NCBI GenBank assembly: GCA_041236755.1
Contig: JBERSB010000309.1
Location: forward strand, 1 to 40,327
Source of the DNA: Luminiphilus sp.
GTDB taxonomy: Bacteria > Planctomycetota > UBA1135 > UBA2386
Reading direction: 5' to 3'
DNA: 40,327 bases
The notes beneath the pieces are model-generated. The model searched no databases and had not been told where the DNA came from. It saw only the letters and a program-made list of their open reading frames with translations. A program made the translations under genes and the position numbers. Below, in pieces: positions 33,971-40,327 of the stretch (its first letter is position 1; every line of letters begins with the position of its first letter).

Positions 33971-35557
33971 CTAGTCCGCGTCGCCGCAGCCGGCCAGGAC
34001 CTCGCGCGCGGTCTCGGCGAGGTCGGCGAGCGTGAAGGGCTTGGTCAGCACCTTCGCGTAGCCGCGGCCGATGACCTCGCTCATGTTCGGCGCGAACTCC
34101 CCGCTCACGAAGACAGTGCGAGGCACGAGGTGGGGGCGCTGCTCCTGCAGGAACGAGAACACCGCCGGGCCGCCGCCGCCCGGCATGCGCACGTCCAAGA
34201 ACAGCAGGTCGAATTCCTGGTCGCCGAGCCGGTCGATTGCGCTCGTCGCGTCCGCGCAGACCGCGATGTCGGCGCCGTTGCGCTTGGCGAGCCGCTCGAA
34301 GACCTTGCGGATCGCCGCCTCGTCGTCGGCGATCAATAGGCGGCGGCCGCGCAGCACCGAGAGCGGCGTGGCGTCGCGCGCGGCCTCGCCGTCGGCGGGG
34401 GCCTCGGCCACTGCGGCCTGGATCGGCAGCGTCAGGACGAACGTCGCACCGCCGCCGGGCGTGTCCTCGAGCTCGACGCGTCCGCCGTGCCCCGACGCGA
34501 TCGACTGCACCACGGTCAGCCCCAGGCCGGTCCCTTCGGCCGCGGGCTTGGTCGAGTAGAACGGCTCGAACAGCTTGGTGCGAAGCTTGGCGGGCACGCC
34601 CGGGCCGCGGTCGGCGACCGCGAGCAGCACGACGTCGCGCGCGTGCCGTGCGCGGACCGTGATCCGGCGCCGCTCGGCGGGCAGGCCGCCGACGGCGTCC
34701 TCGGCGTTGCGGATGAGGTTGAGCAGCGCCTGCAGCAGCTGGGTGGTGTTGCCCTGGACGGCGGGCACCGACTCCGGCACGTCGATCTCCAGGTCCCGCT
34801 CGTCGGTGCCGGTGCGGGTGTAGCGCGTCAGTCGCCGCGCGGACTGCACGAGCTTGCCGACGTCGACCTGGGCGTTCATGTTCTCGTGGTTGCGGGCGTA
34901 CCCCTTGATGTCGCCGACGATCTGCGCCGAGCGGTGCAGCTCGGTCAGCGCGGTCGTGATCAGCTCCGGCTGCTCGGACTGTGCTGCGTTGCGGAGCAGC
35001 TCGAGGCAGCCGATGGCGCCGGCGAGCGAGTTGTTGAGCTCGTGGGCGACGACCGATGCGATCAGGCCCATGGAGGCCATGCGTTCGGTGTGCAGCAGCT
35101 GCGGCCGCAGGGCCTTCTCGCCGGAGAGGTCGCGCAGCACGCACACCGCGAAGCTGCGGTCCTCGCTCGGCGCGACGCTGAACCCGGTTGTGATCTCCGC
35201 GCCGCGGGGGCGTCGGAACCGCAGCTCCTGTCGGTCCGGTCGGTCCCCTGCCGCAGCGGCGTCGAGCATCCGCTGGAGCGCCGACTGGTCGAGCGGGTGG
35301 GCGAGCAGGGGCAGCGAGGCGCCGACCAAGGCCTCTTCGCTCCTCGCGAAGAGCGAGAGCCCAGAAGGGTTTACGAACCGGATGGCGCCCGACGTGTCGA
35401 CGGTGAGGATGGCCAGCGGAGAGGCCATCCACGCTTGCCGGGTGATGTTGTCGTCGACGTCCAAAGCGGGCGGCGACGGGGGCGTCGCCGAGTGGGTGCA
35501 TATGCAAACCCCGGCAGAAGGATACCCCGCCAAGGAGGGGGGCGGACATACGCACAA
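33971..35557 (-). CDS. Hybrid sensor histidine kinase / response regulator (PAS-HisKA-HATPase-REC)
   Basis: PAS-like SPLAILTVDTSGAIRFVNPSG, H-box VVAHELNNSLAG, N-box LLNLIRNAEDA, G-boxes VADRGPGV and GTGLGL, and receiver LLIADDEAAIRKV...LLFLDVRMPG. The start is uncertain: TTG at 35557 in the ORF track, another in-frame TTG at 35464, and the first in-frame ATG is M44. Confidence 0.85.
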   Translation of the reverse strand: MCVCPPPSLAGYPSAGVCICTHSATPPSPPALDVDDNITRQAWMASPLAILTVDTSGAIRFVNPSGLSLFARSEEALVGASLPLLAHPLDQSALQRMLDAAAAGDRPDRQELRFRRPRGAEITTGFSVAPSEDRSFAVCVLRDLSGEKALRPQLLHTERMASMGLIASVVAHELNNSLAGAIGCLELLRNAAQSEQPELITTALTELHRSAQIVGDIKGYARNHENMNAQVDVGKLVQSARRLTRYTRTGTDERDLEIDVPESVPAVQGNTTQLLQALLNLIRNAEDAVGGLPAERRRITVRARHARDVVLLAVADRGPGVPAKLRTKLFEPFYSTKPAAEGTGLGLTVVQSIASGHGGRVELEDTPGGGATFVLTLPIQAAVAEAPADGEAARDATPLSVLRGRRLLIADDEAAIRKVFERLAKRNGADIAVCADATSAIDRLGDQEFDLLFLDVRMPGGGGPAVFSFLQEQRPHLVPRTVFVSGEFAPNMSEVIGRGYAKVLTKPFTLADLAETAREVLAGCGDAD

Positions 35558-35615
35558 GGGCTGAGTTCGGCAGTTCGGTGGCGGCCGGCGGCGGGCCGAT
35601 GGCTAGCCTGCGCGC

Positions 35616-36188
35616 ATGTATTCGAGCAACGAGCTGAAGAAGGGCGTGATCGTCGACGTCGACGGGGCGCCGCACATCGTCGAGAACACGCAGGCCGCTT
35701 CGGGCGGCGCGCGCGGCGGGACCACGACCTACCACGTCCGCTGCCGCAACCTGAAGACGGGGCAGCGCGTCGAGAAGTCCTGGCGCGCCGGCGAGATGGT
35801 GCCGGCAGCGGACGTCGAGAAGCGGCCGGTGCAGTACCTCTACGACGAGCCTGGCATGTGCCACTTCATGGACAGCGAGTCGTTCGAGCAGTTCGCGCTC
35901 TCGCACGACGACCTCGAGTGGGAGCGCAAGTTCCTCAAGGACGGCCTCGAGGAGCTGCGCGCGCTCTACTACAACGGCGCGCCGATCGCGCTGGAGCTGC
36001 CGGCCACCGTGACGCTGGAGATCACCGAGACGATGCCGGCCGTCAAGGGCAACTCGGCGACGTCTCGCAGCAAGCCCGCGACGCTCGAGACCGGCTACGT
36101 CGTGCACGTCCCCGAGAACGTCGAGCAGGGCCTCAAGGTCAACGTCGACACGCGCACCGGCGAGTACCTCGGCCGCGCCAAGGGCTGA
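35616..36188 (+). CDS. yeiP: Elongation factor P-like protein, YeiP/EfpL subfamily
   Basis: The sequence is co-linear with the remembered E. coli YeiP. The loop AASGGARGGTTTYHVRCRNLKTG matches [21 protein letters not shown], and ALELPATVTLEITETMPAVKGNSATSRSKPATLETGYVVHVPE matches [43 protein letters not shown]. Confidence 0.85.
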   Translation: MYSSNELKKGVIVDVDGAPHIVENTQAASGGARGGTTTYHVRCRNLKTGQRVEKSWRAGEMVPAADVEKRPVQYLYDEPGMCHFMDSESFEQFALSHDDLEWERKFLKDGLEELRALYYNGAPIALELPATVTLEITETMPAVKGNSATSRSKPATLETGYVVHVPENVEQGLKVNVDTRTGEYLGRAKG

Positions 36189-36242
36189 GGCTGCGCGCGC
36201 GCGGCAGCCGCTGGCGAGGGCAGCGCCAACCGGGTCATGAGG

Positions 36243-36306
36243 CCAGCCCAGTCAGGAGCCAGCCCAGTCAGGATCCAGCCCAGTCAGGATCCAGCCGGCT
36301 CAGGTG
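36243..36306. repeat. 16-nt tandem repeat (3 near-perfect copies plus 1 diverged copy that contains the tdh stop codon)
   Basis: ccagcccagtcaggag (36243-58), ccagcccagtcaggat (36259-74), ccagcccagtcaggat (36275-90) and ccagccggctcaggtg (36291-306). tca recurs at 36252, 36268, 36284 and 36300, and the last is the real tdh stop. Confidence 0.92.
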
Positions 36307-37370
36307 CCGTGCGGGTAGAGCACGACCTTCTGCTCGAGGCCTTCGCCGAAGCGCAGCATGCCGGTCCCGAACTGCTCCAACGTCATCTCTGCGGTGACCA
36401 GGTGCGTTACGTCGAGGCCCTGCTCGAGCAGTTGGAGCATCCGGTCCCAGGTCCGGAACATCTCGCGGCCGATCACGGCGTGCATGGTCAGCCCCTTGAA
36501 GATGTAGTTCTTCGAGAAGCCGTCGATCGAGATCGCGTCGCCCTTGGGCAGGCCGAGGTTGACCACGTGTCCGGCCGGACGGGTCATCTGGATCGCGTTG
36601 TTGATGCCGACCGGGTGTCCGGAGATCTCCCGCGCCACGGCGACGCCGCCCTTGCTCGCGTCGACGATCGCCTGCACCGGCCGCTCGCGGCCGTCGACGA
36701 CGGTGACGCGGTCGGTCAGTCCGCGGCGGATCACCCACGCGCGCGCGCGCGCCAGCGCCTTGTCGGCCACGTCGACGACGAAGACGTGCGCGGCGCCCAC
36801 GAACGTCGCGATCTCGCCGCACATCGCCCCGATGGGGCCGAAGCCGACGATCGAGACCGTCTTGTTCTCGACCGGGACCTTGAGCGTGGTGTGCACCGCG
36901 TTGCCGAGCGGGTCGAGGATGGCCGCCACCTGCATCGGCAGGTCCTCGGGGAGCTTGACCACGTTGCCCGCGGTCACGACGACGTACTCGGCGAACGCGC
37001 CGTCGAGGTTGATCCCGCGGATGCGCGCCGTCGCGCACGCGTGGAAGGCCTCGCTGACGCAGGCCGGACACTCGCCGCACACCTCGTGCATCTCCGCGCT
37101 GACGTAGGCGCCGAGCGGGTACTCGGCCTCGTCGACGCCGTCGCCGAGCTTGTCGATGTGTCCGCAGAACTCGTGGCCCAGCGTCACCGGCGGCGCGATC
37201 AGCGCGTCCATCGACGGGTCGCCGCTGCAGATGTGCACGTCGGTGCCACAGATGCCGGCGGCGGCGACCTTGATGCGGACCTCACCGGGCTGTGGCTCCG
37301 GTAGGGTCAGATCCGAGCGCAGCCGGTACTGACCGGGGGAGGAGAGTTGGACTCCTTTCATCGACGTCAT
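36300..37370 (-). CDS. tdh: L-threonine 3-dehydrogenase (Zn-dependent MDR family)
   Basis: AGICGTDVHI, GHEFCG, CGECPACV, AAILDPLGNAVHTTL and IFKGLTMHAVIGREMFRTWDRMLQLLEQGLD are co-linear with the remembered E. coli Tdh. Start is ATG 37370 (MTSMKG) or ATG 37361 (MKGVQL); the ORF track begins at 37430. Confidence 0.9.
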   Translation of the reverse strand: MTSMKGVQLSSPGQYRLRSDLTLPEPQPGEVRIKVAAAGICGTDVHICSGDPSMDALIAPPVTLGHEFCGHIDKLGDGVDEAEYPLGAYVSAEMHEVCGECPACVSEAFHACATARIRGINLDGAFAEYVVVTAGNVVKLPEDLPMQVAAILDPLGNAVHTTLKVPVENKTVSIVGFGPIGAMCGEIATFVGAAHVFVVDVADKALARARAWVIRRGLTDRVTVVDGRERPVQAIVDASKGGVAVAREISGHPVGINNAIQMTRPAGHVVNLGLPKGDAISIDGFSKNYIFKGLTMHAVIGREMFRTWDRMLQLLEQGLDVTHLVTAEMTLEQFGTGMLRFGEGLEQKVVLYPHGT

Positions 37371-37440
37371 AGCGAAGGGCCCGCCCTTGGCGGGCGGCGT
37401 ATTCTGCGTATACAACGCAGTTCGCGCCACCTAGGAGATC

Positions 37441-37845
37441 GTGATCGTCGCCCCGAAACACAGCTTGCTCTGGTTGACCTTGGCCATGATGGTCGGGTGC
37501 GAGACCGTGGAGCCCGCTCCGCCGGAGTACCGGCCGCGCGCGGTGGTCGAGGTGGCGCGCTGGTGGGTCCGCGCGGCCGGCCAGGGTCTGGGTGAGCTGG
37601 TCCAGTTCGAGATCCAGGATCCGAGCGGCGCGATCCGCTTCTACCGCGTCGTCGACGACAGCGGACGGTGGCTGGGCCACGCCGACGCGAACGGCCGCTT
37701 CTCGCGGCGGGTACCGTTCGAGGAGGAGGAACAGGACCTCGGGCTGCAGTCGCTGGCGCGGGGCTGCGAGCTGCTGTTCGAGAGCCGCGCGCCGGTCACG
37801 CTGACCGCGAAGGCCGTCGAGGCCGCGTTCGACGGCGGGCGCTGA
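37441..37845 (+). CDS. Small hypothetical lipoprotein
   Basis: GTG start, with the lipobox LTLAMMVGC. It is 134 aa and no family was recognised. Confidence 0.6.
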   Translation: MIVAPKHSLLWLTLAMMVGCETVEPAPPEYRPRAVVEVARWWVRAAGQGLGELVQFEIQDPSGAIRFYRVVDDSGRWLGHADANGRFSRRVPFEEEEQDLGLQSLARGCELLFESRAPVTLTAKAVEAAFDGGR

Positions 37846-37890
37846 CGTTCTCCCTTGGCCGCGGGCGGCTGCGGCCTACAGTCGCCGACG

Positions 37891-38367
37891 ATGACCGAAC
37901 GCCGCAAGCGCCCTGTCCAAGCCAGCCGCGTCGAGATGACGGAGATCGTCATGCCCAACGACGCCAACCCGCTCGGCAACGCCATGGGCGGCCGCGTCAT
38001 GCACTGGATCGACGTCTGCGCGGCCGTCTGCGCGGGCAGGCACGCGCGCACGCCGGTGGTCACGGCCAGCGTCGACAACGTCGACTTTCTCAACCCGGTG
38101 CCCGTGGGCAGCGTGATCGTGCTGCTCGCCTCGGTGAACTTCACCGGCAGGACCTCGATGGAGGTCGGGGTCAAGGTCTGGCAGGAGGAGCGGCCGACCG
38201 GCCACCGCAACCACGTCGCATCGGCCTACCTGACGTTCGTGTCGCTGGATCCCGAGACGCGCAAGCCGCGCGTCGTGCCGATCGTGGAGCCCGAGACCGA
38301 AGAAGAGCAGCGGCGCTTCCGTGAAGGCGACGCGCGGCGAAAGGCGCGGATCTCGCAGCGGGGGTGA
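37891..38367 (+). CDS. Acyl-CoA thioesterase (hot-dog fold, YciA/Acot-like)
   Basis: Start ATG 37891 (MTERRKRP). Motifs are EIVMPNDANPLGNAMGGRVMHWID, ASVDNVDFLNPVPVG and GRTSMEVGVKVW. Confidence 0.88.
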   Translation: MTERRKRPVQASRVEMTEIVMPNDANPLGNAMGGRVMHWIDVCAAVCAGRHARTPVVTASVDNVDFLNPVPVGSVIVLLASVNFTGRTSMEVGVKVWQEERPTGHRNHVASAYLTFVSLDPETRKPRVVPIVEPETEEEQRRFREGDARRKARISQRG

Positions 38368-38393
38368 ACGCGGCCGGCGCCGTCTGCAGCGCC

Positions 38394-38463
38394 CGGCCAG
38401 CAACGTTCGGCCAGCAGAATCCGGCCAGCAGAATCTGGCCAGCTGAATCCGGTCAGCAGCGCC
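38394..38463. repeat. 14-nt tandem repeat, 5 copies (2 perfect, 3 diverged) in a convergent spacer
   Basis: cggccagcaacgtt (38394), cggccagcagaatc (38408), cggccagcagaatc (38422), tggccagctgaatc (38436) and cggtcagcagcgcc (38450). The real stop context of the minus-strand Clp_N gene (ggggtcagaacc at 38481-38492) resembles the unit. Confidence 0.88.
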
Positions 38464-38484
38464 CGTGCCGGAGCGGCCGCGGGG

Positions 38485-38937
38485 TCAGAACCACTCGGGG
38501 ACCTGCTCGGGGTCCATGCCCATCGCCTGCATGATCAGCTGCTGCACGTAGGAGGGCTCGATCGAGAACTCCTTGAGCGTCTCGTAGCAGGAGCCCGCCT
38601 TGATCGAGAGCACGGCCAGCGCCATGTGCTCGGGCCGCACGGCCTTGCTGCCGAGCTCCTGCGCTGCGTCGCGGGCGCGCTCGAACACGGTCACGCAGTG
38701 GCGGTTCCAGGGCCCGTTGGGGACCTCGGGCTCGCGCGGCAGGTCCTTCACGTAGCCCGAGAACATGTCCGGGTCGACGTTGAGGTCGAGGAAGATGTGG
38801 TGCAGGCAGACGCTCTGGTCGACGGTCAGTCCGTAGATCAGGTGCCCGGTCGCAACCGACTCGTCTTCGAGCTGCTCGGCCAGCGCTTTGGCCTTCTCGG
38901 TGGCCAGGACGGTCTTGGGGTCGAAGTCCTCGAACAT
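38485..38937 (-). CDS. Stand-alone Clp N-terminal (ClpA/ClpB R-domain) repeat protein
   Basis: This is the C-terminal part of the 588-aa shadow-extended ORF. MFEDFDPKTVLATEKAKALAEQLEDESVATGHLIYGLT and a second repeat RHCVTVFERARDAAQELGSKAVRPEHMALAVL are present. Start is ATG 38937, or alternatively ATG 38970. Confidence 0.75.
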   Translation of the reverse strand: MFEDFDPKTVLATEKAKALAEQLEDESVATGHLIYGLTVDQSVCLHHIFLDLNVDPDMFSGYVKDLPREPEVPNGPWNRHCVTVFERARDAAQELGSKAVRPEHMALAVLSIKAGSCYETLKEFSIEPSYVQQLIMQAMGMDPEQVPEWF

Positions 38938-39075
38938 AGGGGCGCGGAACCATATCCAGGACGTCCCCATGGCGCCACCGCCGCGGCCCTGCGGGCCCGA
39001 ATCCGCCCCAAATCGTGCCGGCTGCGAGGTCCGGGCCGCTCGGCCCCGCCCGCTGCGCCCCGCTATGATCCCGCC

Positions 39076-40314
39076 GTGCCCGCCGAACGCACGATCCTGC
39101 ACGCCGACATGGACGCGTTCTACGCGGCGGTCGAGCAGCGCGACCGGCCGGAGCTGCGCGGCCGGCCCGTGATCGTTGGGGGAGCCGGGGCGCGGCAAGT
39201 GGTGAGCACCGCGAGCTACGAGGCTCGGCGGTTCGGCGTGCGCTCGGCGATGCCCGGCCGCCGGGCCCGGCAGCTGTGCCCCGACGGCGTGTTCGTGGTC
39301 CCGCGGATGTCGCACTACGCGCGCATCTCGGCCCAGATCCACGAGGTCTTCGAGCAGTTCACGCCGGAGGTCGAGCCGCTCTCGCTCGACGAAGCGTTCC
39401 TCGACGTGACCGGCAGCCGCGCCCTGTTCGGCGACGGCCGCGCGATCGCCGAGCGCATCCGGCGCGAGATCTACGAGCGCACGCAGCTGCGCGTCTCGGT
39501 CGGCGTGGCGACCTCCAAGTACGTCGCGAAGGTCGCGAGCGACGTCGACAAGCCCGACGGCCTGGTCGTGGTCGCGCCGGGCGAGGAGCGGGCGTTCCTC
39601 GCCGAGCTGCCGTTGTCGCGGCTGTGGGGCGTCGGCCCGGCGACGCGCGAGACGCTCGAGCGCGCCGGGCTGCGGTCGATCCGCGACGTGCAGTCGCGCT
39701 CCCGGGCCGAGCTGGTCGAGGCGTTCGGCGACAAGCTCGGCGCGCACCTGTTCGTGCTCGCCAACGGCCTCGACGCACGCCCGGTCGTCAAGGACCGCGC
39801 CGCGAAGTCCATCGGCCACGAGATGACGTTCTCCGACGACCTCTGTCGTGACGGCGAGGTCAAGGAGGTGCTCCTGCAGCTGTGCGAGATGGTCGGGCGG
39901 CGGCTGCGCCGCGCGGAGCAGCGCGCGGGCGTCGTCCGGCTCAAGCTGCGGCGGCCGCCGTTCGAGACGTCGCAGCGCCAGCGCAAGGTGCCGCCGACCG
40001 ACGACGACCTCGAGCTGTTCCGCGTCGCGGGCGAGCTGCTCGAGTCGGTCCGGCAGAGCGGTGAGCCGGTGCGCCTGCTCGGCGTCACCGGCGCCGACCT
40101 CGTCGCGGCCGGCGCTGCGCCGCGCCCGGTGCAGCGCGCGCTCTTCGAGCAGGACGCGGCGGCCGCGCCCGCCGAGCAGGCCCAGCGCAGCAAGCTGCTG
40201 CAGGCGATGGACGCGATCCGCGACCGCCACGGCGAAGGCGCCGTGCGGCACGGCGGCGGCCGGCGGGCGACCAACCCGTGGGGGCCGGACGGCCCGAAGC
40301 GAGAGGGCCGCTAG
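39076..40314 (+). CDS. dinB: DNA polymerase IV (Y-family translesion polymerase)
   Basis: GTG start at 39076 (VPAERTILHADMDAFYAAVEQRD). Motifs are SYEARRFGVRSAMP, LSLDEAFLDVTG, SVGVATSKYVAKVASD and LWGVGP. Confidence 0.92.
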   Translation: MPAERTILHADMDAFYAAVEQRDRPELRGRPVIVGGAGARQVVSTASYEARRFGVRSAMPGRRARQLCPDGVFVVPRMSHYARISAQIHEVFEQFTPEVEPLSLDEAFLDVTGSRALFGDGRAIAERIRREIYERTQLRVSVGVATSKYVAKVASDVDKPDGLVVVAPGEERAFLAELPLSRLWGVGPATRETLERAGLRSIRDVQSRSRAELVEAFGDKLGAHLFVLANGLDARPVVKDRAAKSIGHEMTFSDDLCRDGEVKEVLLQLCEMVGRRLRRAEQRAGVVRLKLRRPPFETSQRQRKVPPTDDDLELFRVAGELLESVRQSGEPVRLLGVTGADLVAAGAAPRPVQRALFEQDAAAAPAEQAQRSKLLQAMDAIRDRHGEGAVRHGGGRRATNPWGPDGPKREGR

Positions 40315-40327
40315 CGCTGCGGTTGCG

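Noticed and set aside
33915-38463. The possibility that the short direct repeats are CRISPR arrays.
   Set aside because: The units are 14-16 nt and directly abutting with no spacers. There are at most 5 copies, and no cas genes or leader are present.
38938-39075. An SOS (LexA) box upstream of dinB.
   Set aside because: I scanned by eye for the common LexA operator types and found none. The closest string (ggaaccatatccagg) lacks the second half-site.
1-40327. Mobile elements, prophage, integrases, transposases or toxin-antitoxin/defence islands.
   Set aside because: No ORF shows integrase, transposase, phage or known defence-system motifs. There are no terminal inverted repeats or compositional islands, apart from short low-GC promoter patches.

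Overview
This is a very GC-rich, densely packed chromosomal segment; third codon positions are almost all G/C, so the ORF track is full of long Arg/Ala/Pro/Gly-rich shadow ORFs. I support 38 protein-coding genes. I see no rRNA, tRNA, CRISPR array or recognisable mobile element. The gene content points to a diderm bacterium: a TonB C-terminal-domain protein, a SurA-like chaperone, several lipobox lipoproteins, a sulfatase, a prenyltransferase-repeat protein, an HDOD protein and a hybrid histidine kinase. Composition would fit a myxobacterium-like high-GC lineage, but that is only a guess. Most genes are housekeeping or envelope functions: DEAD-box helicase, exonuclease III, leucine dehydrogenase, kbl, tdh, an EF-P-like protein, DinB, thioesterase, GNAT and methyltransferase.

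Three things stand out:
1. A four-gene cassette at 20327..24350 is built like the Gram-positive Dlt D-alanylation pathway (DltC-like carrier protein, DltB/AlgI-type MBOAT, DltD-like membrane-anchored SGNH protein). The DltA adenylating ligase is replaced by a 339-aa protein with two hot-dog-like halves, resembling LnmK-type acyltransferase/decarboxylases. I do not know of a characterised system with this composition, and it is my main candidate for a new envelope-acylation system.
2. A DprE2-like SDR and a DprE1-like FAD oxidase pair (3051..5287) show unmistakable similarity to the mycobacterial decaprenyl-phospho-ribose 2'-epimerase, here in a non-actinobacterial context.
3. Short perfect or near-perfect tandem repeats (period 14-16 nt, 2-5 copies) recur at gene 3' ends, at 6 to 7 of the 11 convergent gene junctions. 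Several of them duplicate the stop codon and its immediate context.

Start codons are often GTG/TTG and are uncertain for several genes. All functional calls rest on motif recognition and remembered homologues, not on searches.
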